Source: a virus (lineage: Duplodnaviria > Caudoviricetes). From it: DNA of 36,228 nucleotides. A model generated the notes under the pieces. The model was not told where the DNA came from and made no database searches. It saw only the letters and a program-made list of their open reading frames with translations. Position numbers and translations under genes: made by a program. Below are positions 1 through 7,739 of this stretch, piece by piece. The DNA lies in the IMG/VR virus record IMGVR_UViG_3300022670_000109, positions 1-36,228 of that record. One strand, written 5' to 3'. The first letter of the stretch is position 1, and each line of letters starts with the position of its first letter.

Positions 1-2
1 AT

Positions 3-1721
3 TTCTTTTTTAATTCAACAAGCACCACAACAGTCGATAATGTAAAAGTTTTTGCGACAGATGAGGGCGGTTCAGGTAGGTGGTTTAGAAACGGAGACGA
101 TGTTATAACAACAGATATGGCGGGTGTTGTTGCTGATGGCGTAGCAGATGACTCTGTAGCATGGCAACGATTCCTTACTGTAGGCGGTGAGCTGCTTGTT
201 AGGGCGGGAACTATATTAACTAACAATAGTAAAGTGCCTAGCAATACAAATTTAAGATTTGAACCTGGTGCAATATTGAAATTAAATAATTCTCAGGATG
301 ATCATTTGCTTGAGAATAGTGACACGGTAGGCGGCAACACTAATATTCATATATTCGGTGGAGAGTTTAACGGCAACAGACCAGGGCAAACACTTTTCGC
401 TAATGCTGATGGAATAAGATTTGAAAACGTAACTAATTGTTCAATTAACGATGTTTATGTTCATGATACGGAATTTACGGGCATTGAAGTTCACAAAAGC
501 AACAATGTTATTGTAAGAAACCCTTTAATAGAAGATTGCGGTGAGCCAAACGTTTTAAACAGCGGTGATGGCATGGCATTTAGAGAATGTGTGGATTGTC
601 ATGTTATAAGCCCCACAGTTCGCCGAGCTTCACGAATAGGGTTATTGTTCAAAGGAACTGTAGGAACACCTACTACAGATTGTACACATACGGGTGGCGG
701 TGTATTTGAGGACATAGGCGAGGTTGGTATTTCCTGTGAAGATTTTGTTAACGATGTTGATATAAGTCAGTTCTTAATTAAAGTAACCGGATTAAATACA
801 GCGGGTTCTACTAAATCAGGAATGAGTTTAGGTAAGCCTGGTATGTTTAATATTACAGTGCATGATGGCATCATTCGTGAAGCTGGCGGCTTTGGTATTG
901 AATTAGTCGGCGGACTTACGAACATAACCTTAAGAGATTTATGGATAGATACACCGGCATCTGATGGAATTATTGGTAATGTTACGGATAATATGGGCAG
1001 CGGCGGCGGTGACAGCGGAGGATATAGAGAGCTTTATATTACCAATGTAAAAGTTACTAATGGCGGACGCGATGGCATTACGGTTAGAGCAACTACGACT
1101 AATCCTGTAGACCCCGACAATTTGAATGAAGATGTGGTTATTACAGATTGTACTGTTAATGATATTGAGCGAGTTAATTACAGCTTCTTAAGTTGCCCAG
1201 GCATTAAGATTGTTAATTGTCATGCGGACGGTGTTGGTCAAGTTACGGAAAGTGACGCAATATTTTTAAGGGATTGTGATAGTGCTTCTGTTCAAGGTGG
1301 TGTATTACAGGACTATCCGCGCACAGGCATAGTTATGGAAGCCTCAAGCTTAACCACCATAACTAAATGCTCAGTGATGGGCGTTATTTTCGATGGTGCT
1401 GATCTAGGAATACGTGCTTCAGAATGTACAGGAAGTACATTTATGAATAACACCATTAGAAATCTAACTCTTGGCGCCAGTGTTGGAATACAAACACAAA
1501 CGACTTCAGATGATAATGTGCTTATAGGTAACGATCTACGCAACGCCTTTACACCCTTTAGTCTGGTCAATACCAATCTAACGGTTGCTAATGTTCCAGC
1601 GGAAGAGCAATTTACAATCACCAACGATGTTACGGATCGTGTTTATGATGCGAACACAGTAACAGTGGCCGAATTAGCAGATGTTGTAGCTACGCTTATT
1701 AAAGACAATGGCGCGGCTTAA
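3..1721 (+). CDS. Tailspike, C-terminal part (right-handed beta-helix, pectate-lyase-like); 5'-truncated by the window edge
   Basis: Frame is open from position 3 (FFFNSTSTTTVDN...GRWFR...). GVVADGVADDS motif typical of beta-helix onset; repetitive Gly/Asn/Ile-rich strands. The N-terminus appears to lie at 35880-36228. Confidence 0.85.
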   Translation, partial: FFFNSTSTTTVDNVKVFATDEGGSGRWFRNGDDVITTDMAGVVADGVADDSVAWQRFLTVGGELLVRAGTILTNNSKVPSNTNLRFEPGAILKLNNSQDDHLLENSDTVGGNTNIHIFGGEFNGNRPGQTLFANADGIRFENVTNCSINDVYVHDTEFTGIEVHKSNNVIVRNPLIEDCGEPNVLNSGDGMAFRECVDCHVISPTVRRASRIGLLFKGTVGTPTTDCTHTGGGVFEDIGEVGISCEDFVNDVDISQFLIKVTGLNTAGSTKSGMSLGKPGMFNITVHDGIIREAGGFGIELVGGLTNITLRDLWIDTPASDGIIGNVTDNMGSGGGDSGGYRELYITNVKVTNGGRDGITVRATTTNPVDPDNLNEDVVITDCTVNDIERVNYSFLSCPGIKIVNCHADGVGQVTESDAIFLRDCDSASVQGGVLQDYPRTGIVMEASSLTTITKCSVMGVIFDGADLGIRASECTGSTFMNNTIRNLTLGASVGIQTQTTSDDNVLIGNDLRNAFTPFSLVNTNLTVANVPAEEQFTITNDVTDRVYDANTVTVAELADVVATLIKDNGAA

Positions 1722-1741
1722 TACTCACACCTTTTTAACTC

Positions 1742-1770
1742 TTGCTAATTATGATACACTAAACTAAATT
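1742..1770 (+). promoter_or_regulatory. Putative sigma70 promoter
   Basis: TTGCTA-N17-TAAATT, plus an overlapping TGn-TACACT extended -10, upstream of the ORF at 1814. Confidence 0.4.
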
Positions 1771-1813
1771 TAACGAGCCAATGATGGCAGAATATATAAG
1801 GAATATATAATAA

Positions 1814-2137
1814 ATGGCCGATAAAATCAAAATGCCAAACTCTGTGAAAAAAATCTCACTTATGCAGATTAAAATTAAAAAGAGGATGCGTAAAATCACT
1901 CCTCTTTTTAATGACTTGCAAACACTATTAGACGAAGCAGGCGACTGCGATGTGGTTCGTAGTTGTGGTATTCAGCATGTACATTTAGGCTGGGCAAGAG
2001 CAATGCTTGCAGAAAACCATGCGATGTTTGAACAATCTTACGCAGGGCAATGTGATCTTCATAACGGCCTTACTAAGCAAGCGGAAGACGCGAACATGGA
2101 ATTAGTTGAAGTTAAAAACGGTGACGGTGGAAGATGA
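1814..2137 (+). CDS. Hypothetical protein ending in ...NGDGGR
   Basis: AAGGA RBS; ATGA overlap with the next gene. Confidence 0.7.
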   Translation: MADKIKMPNSVKKISLMQIKIKKRMRKITPLFNDLQTLLDEAGDCDVVRSCGIQHVHLGWARAMLAENHAMFEQSYAGQCDLHNGLTKQAEDANMELVEVKNGDGGR

Positions 2138-2676
2138 TTTCATTCTGGAGTGCATTATATTTAGTTCCGTTGTTAATAGCTTTTTACTTATCATTTAAGC
2201 TAGACAATAAGGAATGCAAGATAATCACTTCGGTGGCTTTGGTCGCTTATGTATTTACTCGGTTAACCACTGAGTTTGTCATGGGCGACCGTTACTTTTT
2301 TGACCTAGCAAACGATATATTTGTGGTGGCCTTGATAGTCAGGCTTCTAGGACTAACGCCAATTGTTATATTATTGATTATAACATATATGGCTATGACA
2401 TATTTTGCATATATTCCTTATTCAGAGGGCATTTTTAATAAACATTCAAGTCAAATTATATTGGAAGTTATAGGAAAAATTCAATTATTAATTATTTTCG
2501 GGGGCTTATATCATGGGCACTTTATACGAAACGGGGTTTCATTTCATAACAAGCTGGATGATGTGGTTAGAGATAATAGTTTTTACAATAATAATATTGG
2601 TGAAGATAAGCGAAAAGACGGATATGATAAACCTTTTAAGTCAGGCACTCATGCGAATATGGCGAAGGATAGTTAA
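2134..2676 (+). CDS. Multi-pass membrane protein
   Basis: About 4-5 hydrophobic segments in the first 125 aa, then a hydrophilic tail. Confidence 0.7.
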   Translation: MISFWSALYLVPLLIAFYLSFKLDNKECKIITSVALVAYVFTRLTTEFVMGDRYFFDLANDIFVVALIVRLLGLTPIVILLIITYMAMTYFAYIPYSEGIFNKHSSQIILEVIGKIQLLIIFGGLYHGHFIRNGVSFHNKLDDVVRDNSFYNNNIGEDKRKDGYDKPFKSGTHANMAKDS

Positions 2677-2680
2677 GTGA
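2513..2680 (+). CDS. Nested alternative-frame small membrane protein (55 aa)
   Basis: MGTLYETGFHFITSWMMWLEIIVFTIIILVK...RRIVK*; G-run upstream as possible RBS; its TGA overlaps the GTG at 2677. Confidence 0.45.
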   Translation: MGTLYETGFHFITSWMMWLEIIVFTIIILVKISEKTDMINLLSQALMRIWRRIVK

Positions 2681-2898
2681 CAGGTAAAGCAACAATCGCA
2701 GTAACGGCAAACGCAATCGGCAACGGTGCAGGAGCAGGCGCAATAGGTGGCGGCGGCATATTATATATAATGGGACAAAACGCCCCCGCTATTGGTGCTA
2801 TATGCGTTATTATTGGTATAGTCGCGTCTCTTGTTTTTAAAACTATCGGGTATCTTGAATTAAAACGTCATCATAGGGAATTGGAGAAAGACAAATGA
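2677..2898 (+). CDS. Putative holin-like small membrane protein
   Basis: Gly-rich N-terminus, TM helix, charged C-terminus; next to a holin-like gene. Confidence 0.5.
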   Translation: MTGKATIAVTANAIGNGAGAGAIGGGGILYIMGQNAPAIGAICVIIGIVASLVFKTIGYLELKRHHRELEKDK

Positions 2899-3389
2899 TA
2901 CTTAGTATTCTCGGTAAACTTCCTAAGCTTGTAAAAGCCATCACAGGTGGCGATAAATCCCTACTAGGGCGAGCGATAGACGCTGCGAAGGTTATAACGG
3001 GCATGGATAACGAATCTGATGCTGTAGACGCCTTAAAAGCCGACCCTGAGAAAATGTATCAATATCAAATGGCGTTACTTGCTGATAAACATATTCCTGA
3101 TAGGCTTGACCTTGATAATACCAAAGACGCAAGGGATATGTACAAAAAGGTTAACCATGACCGAGCCGATGAAATAGCGGGTCATGTTATGGCGTGGAAT
3201 TTACCAATAATTGTTGTTATGGTTATTTTAAATATATTGGTTGTTCAGTTTATTGAGGGTGGGGCGTTAATAGCCATTGCATCAAACTTTATAGGCATGG
3301 CAATGAAGCAATTAATGAGCGAACGACAAACTGTAATGAATTTCTTTTTTGGTAGTTCTATGGGTTCTAAAGACAAGGATATGTCATGA
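2895..3389 (+). CDS. Putative holin (3TM/GTA-holin-like)
   Basis: ALKADPE..., D.KDAR.M, two TM helices and C-terminal FFFGSS.GS.DK pattern. Confidence 0.65.
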   Translation: MILSILGKLPKLVKAITGGDKSLLGRAIDAAKVITGMDNESDAVDALKADPEKMYQYQMALLADKHIPDRLDLDNTKDARDMYKKVNHDRADEIAGHVMAWNLPIIVVMVILNILVVQFIEGGALIAIASNFIGMAMKQLMSERQTVMNFFFGSSMGSKDKDMS

Positions 3390-3673
3390 AAATAGACATT
3401 AAAGCAATATCAATAGCATGTGGAATACTTCTACCAATTGGAGCAACGGCTGGGGCTGTTTACGCTTTTGCTGATGATGTTCTATACCTTCAGAGTGAAG
3501 CCGATATTCACCTAGCACAAGATAGTAACCGTATATGCAGAGAAGACAGGGCTGAATTAATAGACCTTGAGCGTTATATAGCGTCATTACAGCCCCCTAT
3601 CCCTAGTTACTTGTATGATCAACTTGCTATGTTAGAACAAAGCGTTGCTACTCATTGCGCCAGCCGCGCTTAA
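3386..3673 (+). CDS. Hypothetical membrane-anchored protein
   Basis: N-terminal hydrophobic helix; ATGA coupling. Confidence 0.6.
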   Translation: MKIDIKAISIACGILLPIGATAGAVYAFADDVLYLQSEADIHLAQDSNRICREDRAELIDLERYIASLQPPIPSYLYDQLAMLEQSVATHCASRA

Positions 3674-3804
3674 TAAGCTGAACGTATCGACCACGACATA
3701 CAAAGACATACTATAACTGACAGGCATAAAAGAACCTTCCACATATAGAACCACCCGACCCGGGCAAGCGTATCAAGCTTTTCCATTTCTTCCTCAAAGG
3801 TCAT
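3670..3804 (-). CDS. Small membrane protein (44 aa)
   Basis: Hand translation MTFEEEMEKLDTLARVGWFYMWKVLLCLSVIVCLCMSWSIRSAY*; ATGA overlap with the upstream gene. Confidence 0.55.
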   Translation of the reverse strand: MTFEEEMEKLDTLARVGWFYMWKVLLCLSVIVCLCMSWSIRSAY

Positions 3805-3956
3805 CTCATTCCCATCCTTATTTTCTCAAGCTCTATCTTTGAATCATGCGTTGACTTGTTGATGTCTTTTAATTCGTCTGAAATAAAGAATAGCATTAGT
3901 ACAATAATTAATCCTATGCCCCATGAGATAAGCTGCGCGATAATATCATCTTTCAT
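3801..3956 (-). CDS. Small membrane protein (51 aa), cassette gene
   Basis: MKDDIIAQLISWGIGLIIVLMLFF...; GGAG RBS; TAATG overlap; follows the site at 3983. Confidence 0.65.
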   Translation of the reverse strand: MKDDIIAQLISWGIGLIIVLMLFFISDELKDINKSTHDSKIELEKIRMGMR

Positions 3957-4168
3957 TATTTTTCTCCCGTTGTTTGTTTTGGAGCGTTAAGTTCTTGCAA
4001 AGCCTTATAAGCGGCCCTTATAATTGGCTTACCGTTTAATTCTGGATATGGCCCCGTAGCGTCCGTGATGCTTTCTATGAAATCACGCAGTCGCTTGTTC
4101 TCATGAGCGAGGTGTTCAAGCTGTCCCATTTGTTCGCCTATAATTCTATCCATTTCAAAGTCACTCAT
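3956..4168 (-). CDS. Hypothetical cassette protein
   Basis: Start moved to MSDFE (GAGGAG RBS); ends ELNAPKQTTGEK. Confidence 0.7.
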   Translation of the reverse strand: MSDFEMDRIIGEQMGQLEHLAHENKRLRDFIESITDATGPYPELNGKPIIRAAYKALQELNAPKQTTGEK

Positions 4169-4379
4169 CAGTCTTCTCCTCACGCAATTCATCAATAAAT
4201 TTATACAATTCAATTTGATCGTTAAGTTGTTTCAAATCGAATACATAAGTTCCAGGCAACGCTTCCATCAATATACCAATGACCTTCTCTGTAATCTGCG
4301 TTTGTTTTTTAAGACCATCCTGCAACTTGCATATTTCTTTTTGCAGTCGCACAATATTTCTATCTTTATTTGCTAACAT
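4161..4379 (-). CDS. Hypothetical coiled-coil cassette protein
   Basis: Start MLANK, after the site at 4396 and a GGGAG RBS. Confidence 0.7.
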   Translation of the reverse strand: MLANKDRNIVRLQKEICKLQDGLKKQTQITEKVIGILMEALPGTYVFDLKQLNDQIELYKFIDELREEKTDE

Positions 4380-4560
4380 CGTCTTCACTCCCTTGAACGT
4401 CTGGTTGTTGCAAAACTCCAAGATTTCTATTCTCATGAAGTTGTAGAATGATATTTTCTAAGTACTCAAAACTTTCAGGGTCAAGGCTTTCAACACCCAT
4501 CCAATAGACTGCTTCGAGAATGGATTTTTCCATATTCTTTTTTGGTTCTGATTTAACCAT
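4366..4560 (-). CDS. Hypothetical cassette protein
   Basis: AAGGA RBS; ends QQPDVQGSEDDVSK. Confidence 0.7.
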   Translation of the reverse strand: MVKSEPKKNMEKSILEAVYWMGVESLDPESFEYLENIILQLHENRNLGVLQQPDVQGSEDDVSK

Positions 4561-4563
4561 TTT

Positions 4564-4812
4564 TCAATCCTTTCTAACGTTAAGTTTTGATTTCTCAACA
4601 CTCATTTCGTGAATATCATTGAAGGCGTCTTGCCAATCTGTATATCCACAGCGTAACGCTTTTTCTTTAACGATATTCCAGCCGTGTAAATCAGCAAACT
4701 TATAATATTTATCAACAACTAATCCAAAGACGTATTGACCTAGATAGAAAACGCCTATACCCATAATTAAATCTGCGGCGATATAGTGCATCCAGTAATG
4801 TAAATTTTCCAT
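4564..4812 (-). CDS. Hypothetical membrane cassette protein
   Basis: One TM helix; ends KLNVRKD. Confidence 0.7.
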   Translation of the reverse strand: MENLHYWMHYIAADLIMGIGVFYLGQYVFGLVVDKYYKFADLHGWNIVKEKALRCGYTDWQDAFNDIHEMSVEKSKLNVRKD

Positions 4813-4814
4813 GT

Positions 4815-5018
4815 TTAATCCTTCTCTGTTGTTTGGGGAACGTCTAGTTCTTTCAATTGATCTGAAATGTCATTATCTATATCGACCCACATATCACGCA
4901 ATCGACTGTAATCTTGTAAATATGCTGGAGGCAATATGTCAGCCATAAGACTAAACATCTCATCTATATAATCAGTAGTTACTGATATTCTCATCTCTAA
5001 CAGGTCTATCTTACTCAT
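4815..5018 (-). CDS. Hypothetical cassette protein
   Basis: Start MSKID with GGAGG RBS; ends ELDVPQTTEKD. Confidence 0.7.
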   Translation of the reverse strand: MSKIDLLEMRISVTTDYIDEMFSLMADILPPAYLQDYSRLRDMWVDIDNDISDQLKELDVPQTTEKD

Positions 5019-5202
5019 TTGAACCTCCATCGTTTGAAACGTCTGGTATTGCATTAATAACGCATTTTTGATTGCGAGGTAGTTCCGCTTCACAAGCATC
5101 AATGGCGGCATGGTATTTTCCCGCTACACCAATAGGAGATACAATTAGTCCGATGAAAATTATCATCCCAAGTGCAACAATACCAATAATTATGTTATCC
5201 AT
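5011..5202 (-). CDS. Hypothetical membrane cassette protein
   Basis: Start MDNII, TM helix, CEAELPRNQKC; ends IPDVSNDGGSNE. Confidence 0.7.
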   Translation of the reverse strand: MDNIIIGIVALGMIIFIGLIVSPIGVAGKYHAAIDACEAELPRNQKCVINAIPDVSNDGGSNE

Positions 5203-5491
5203 TTTCTTCACTCCCTTGAACGTTAAGTATTTCATTTGTCATGTTTTTAGCACTATTTACTGGACAACTCACGTTAAGTTCACGTTTATAGTTATTGAGA
5301 GAGTTCCTAATATTGTTCTCCCAATCGTTCATTTCTGCGAGAAACTTTTTATGACTAGCAATTGCCTTTTGTTTTGTTTGCCAAATATGAAGTATCTGTG
5401 CTTCTAAGAAATGCGGCATTAGCCTTTGACGCTCTTCATACGGCATATCATTCCATAGGTGGTCAAAATCGTGCGGCGGTAATTTATTCAT
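5195..5491 (-). CDS. Hypothetical cassette protein (reads through two sites)
   Basis: Start MNKLP with GGAG RBS; ends ELNV...ILNVQGSEENG. Confidence 0.7.
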   Translation of the reverse strand: MNKLPPHDFDHLWNDMPYEERQRLMPHFLEAQILHIWQTKQKAIASHKKFLAEMNDWENNIRNSLNNYKRELNVSCPVNSAKNMTNEILNVQGSEENG

Positions 5492-5690
5492 CTGAGCTAC
5501 TCCGAACGTATAGTTTTTGCAAATCAACTGGTTCAACCTCATCAAGTTCGTCTAATACCGCTTGAAGTTTGATTGCTCCAGCCATATCTAAATTACCTTT
5601 AATATGAGTGCCTCGTTTAACCCAAAAACCCTTCTTATTCATGTGCCAATTACGTGTACATAAATATTTTACAACCGTTCTATCGTCCAT
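5484..5690 (-). CDS. Hypothetical cassette protein
   Basis: Start MDDRT; ends KLYVRSSSDE. Confidence 0.65.
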   Translation of the reverse strand: MDDRTVVKYLCTRNWHMNKKGFWVKRGTHIKGNLDMAGAIKLQAVLDELDEVEPVDLQKLYVRSSSDE

Positions 5691-5976
5691 TACTTTGTGC
5701 CCCCTCGACCATCTTAATAAGTTTTTCCACAGTACTGTAAGAAATATACATGTGAGTATCATCAATTGATTTAGATGCTATTTTTGCTTTAATTTTTTCA
5801 ATGTGTTTTTGCGTTAACATAATTTGATCCTTTTCTGGTTGTTGGGGAACGTTAAGTTTTGCAATTGCTAATAAGACCTCCGCATATATTAAATACACTA
5901 CCGATGATAATAAGAGGGAAAGCAAAACCACCACGCCATATGATAGGGGCGCGTAATTATCAATAATATCAATCAT
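5680..5976 (-). CDS. In-frame fusion of two units (internal RBS and ATG at 5820)
   Basis: TM N-half, then KLNVPQQPEKDQI, then MLTQKH...; site at 5848 and AAGGA RBS lie inside the ORF. Confidence 0.65.
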   Translation of the reverse strand: MIDIIDNYAPLSYGVVVLLSLLLSSVVYLIYAEVLLAIAKLNVPQQPEKDQIMLTQKHIEKIKAKIASKSIDDTHMYISYSTVEKLIKMVEGAQSNGR

Positions 5977-6191
5977 GATCTGTCATCCTGTTTTGGAACG
6001 TTAAGTAAATCGGCTTTGTGCCATAATCGGTTCCAAAGATACCTATCATCTTTACCTTCTTCCGTTATGCAAACTCCATCTTTAGTCATGGACACAAAAA
6101 TGAACTTAGAGCCATTTACGTGATAGTGGTTACAGCCGCATATAGACCATTCATCTAGTACGCCGTTTTGCCAAGGTAATTTTCTAACCAT
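5973..6191 (-). CDS. Hypothetical cassette protein
   Basis: LPW...WSICG.NHY motif; ends LLNVPKQDDRS. Confidence 0.7.
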   Translation of the reverse strand: MVRKLPWQNGVLDEWSICGCNHYHVNGSKFIFVSMTKDGVCITEEGKDDRYLWNRLWHKADLLNVPKQDDRS

Positions 6192-6480
6192 TGTCTGAGC
6201 CTTTCAGGGGAACGTGTAGTAATTCACCAGTGACGTATTTATTAACTAGCTCGACAATATTGGATAGGACTTCACCGCTTTCAATTTTATCAATCCAGAT
6301 AACAACATCGTCTTCGCTCGGATGATAAATAGAGTTTTTCACCTCCATATTATCCGAACCTATTTCGATGTGTTTTTTTCTCGGCTTTAAAAGAACGCCG
6401 TGACGACCATCCATTGTGAAATGCGCCACATCAACCATGCCTTTACCAAGTTCAATTTCTTTACATTTAAGTTCAATCAT
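6184..6480 (-). CDS. Hypothetical cassette protein
   Basis: Ends LLHVPLKGSDNG. Confidence 0.7.
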   Translation of the reverse strand: MIELKCKEIELGKGMVDVAHFTMDGRHGVLLKPRKKHIEIGSDNMEVKNSIYHPSEDDVVIWIDKIESGEVLSNIVELVNKYVTGELLHVPLKGSDNG

Positions 6481-6643
6481 CGTCTAATATTTCCTTTTCT
6501 ACGATTTTAAGGACGCCAATAGCCAAGGCTAAAGGCATTTCTTCACTATAACTGTAAATAACAGTTTTTATTTCTTCACACATTTCGGCGGCTTTATAAC
6601 AAGACCGCTTACTTGCTAGGTGAGCAACATCAAATGGTTTCAT
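6473..6643 (-). CDS. Hypothetical cassette protein (56 aa, not in ORF track)
   Basis: MKPFDVAHLASKRSCYKAAEMCEEIK...EKEILDDD*; GGAG RBS after the site at 6661. Confidence 0.7.
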   Translation of the reverse strand: MKPFDVAHLASKRSCYKAAEMCEEIKTVIYSYSEEMPLALAIGVLKIVEKEILDDD

Positions 6644-6876
6644 GGGCTTTTCTCCGTTGGAACGTGTAGTATTTCATTATCGTCTGCTACACTTTTAATT
6701 TCATCATCTGTTGCTAAGACAACACGCTTGACATTTATCAAGGCCGTTTTCATTTTACAACCCCATGCTTCAACAATGTCCTGCGCGCAATACATTCGTG
6801 CTTGTCCTCTATTTTTACCGTAATAAAGTAATGGGGGATAACCCTTCACTTCTACGCGAAAACCTCTAGTTTCCAT
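6640..6876 (-). CDS. Hypothetical cassette protein
   Basis: Start METRG with AAGGA RBS; ends ILHVPTEKSP. Confidence 0.7.
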   Translation of the reverse strand: METRGFRVEVKGYPPLLYYGKNRGQARMYCAQDIVEAWGCKMKTALINVKRVVLATDDEIKSVADDNEILHVPTEKSP

Positions 6877-7144
6877 TATCAGTCCTTTCACTAACGTTAA
6901 GTTTTTGCAAATTATCTATCTTGCCAAGAAGATCATCCACTTCTATTTCTAGTTTTTTGAATGAGTTTTGAACTACAGATTTTTGGAAAATTACCTGCCG
7001 TAAGATAAAATCTCTTTTCTGTTGTTCATCGACATCTTTAATATGGTCGTCGCAAAAGCACCTGTAATCACCAAGAGGGCCACAAGTAAAATCTCTTTGA
7101 TGAACGCCCTCTTTTTCGCAACCTTTTGTGTCACACTGGCTCAT
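6866..7144 (-). CDS. Cys/His-rich (possible Zn-binding) coiled-coil cassette protein
   Basis: C-x4-C ... CFCDDH; ends KLNVSERTDNGN. Confidence 0.65.
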   Translation of the reverse strand: MSQCDTKGCEKEGVHQRDFTCGPLGDYRCFCDDHIKDVDEQQKRDFILRQVIFQKSVVQNSFKKLEIEVDDLLGKIDNLQKLNVSERTDNGN

Positions 7145-7488
7145 TTCTTCACCTCACTAACGTGTAGTAATTCACGTCTTATGATTTCTTTATGAAAATT
7201 AGCCAGTACAGCCGCCGAAGTAATAATATGATGTTTGACTTTATCCATGTCATTATCCCAATATGCTTTAGCTAATTTGCCGAGCAGAAAATTCAACACC
7301 ATAAACCAATCAGAAAAAGATTTCTTCTGGTCGTGTTCTTCTCCCCATCGTTCTTTTTGGTGTGCAGCTTCAATACATAATCCATGACGAAAATCAACAA
7401 TTTCAGGGCAGTTAATAAGCTCTTTTAACCGCTTGTTCTCTGCCTCAAGCTCATCAACATAATTTTGTGTATATATTAACCTAACCAT
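7141..7488 (-). CDS. Cassette protein, possibly MazG-like all-alpha fold
   Basis: EAAHQKERWG..HD..K...DW...GKL.KA...HIITSAAVL pattern; function uncertain. Confidence 0.45.
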   Translation of the reverse strand: MVRLIYTQNYVDELEAENKRLKELINCPEIVDFRHGLCIEAAHQKERWGEEHDQKKSFSDWFMVLNFLLGKLAKAYWDNDMDKVKHHIITSAAVLANFHKEIIRRELLHVSEVKK

Positions 7489-7739
7489 CACTCACCGCCT
7501 TTCTTAACGTCTGGTGAATATAAAAACTGCCATTTCTTGTAACTGCTTCTGTACATAACCTTACCGTCTTTTTTTAATAGTTGCATGGCTGATGATATTT
7601 CCCGGTCTGTCTCTTGACTTATGCCGCGACTAACAGCCAAAATATAAAGGTCATTAAAGTCTTGAAGGTGGCTGCACTCGCCCTTATCTCTTGCAATAAT
7701 GTGATTATCCCATATTTCTTTAGCTAATTCTCTACTCAT
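7488..7739 (-). CDS. Hypothetical (possibly winged-helix) protein, first gene after the resolvase-like gene
   Basis: ATGA overlap; ends SPDVKKGGE. Confidence 0.6.
   Translation of the reverse strand: MSRELAKEIWDNHIIARDKGECSHLQDFNDLYILAVSRGISQETDREISSAMQLLKKDGKVMYRSSYKKWQFLYSPDVKKGGE

Larger units (their letters stand above)
3983..7515 (-). repeat. Dispersed junction motif ACYWNACGTT, 15 copies (left cassette array)
   Basis: 10-mers start (+ coordinates) at 3983, 4396, 4576, 4839, 5038, 5219, 5270, 5505, 5848, 5997, 6211, 6661, 6893, 7159, 7506; each lies about 13-27 nt upstream of a start codon. The copies at 3983 (ACTTAACGCT) and 5270 (ACTTAACGTG) have one mismatch. Confidence 0.92.

Noticed and set aside
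1790-1810. Tandem GAATATATAA repeat
   Set aside because: Only two AT-rich copies overlapping an RBS; not enough to call an operator.
3983-7515. Classical integron attC sites (ACTTAAC matches RYYYAAC; its reverse GTTAAGT matches GTTRRRY)
   Set aside because: No long attC hairpin with L boxes, many copies break the consensus (ACCAGAC, ACTACAC), and there is no IntI.
3956-7739. Conserved C-terminal peptide tag [LP]-x-V as the main explanation
   Set aside because: Synonymous positions are fixed while the middle residue varies, and related sites on the right arm are non-coding.
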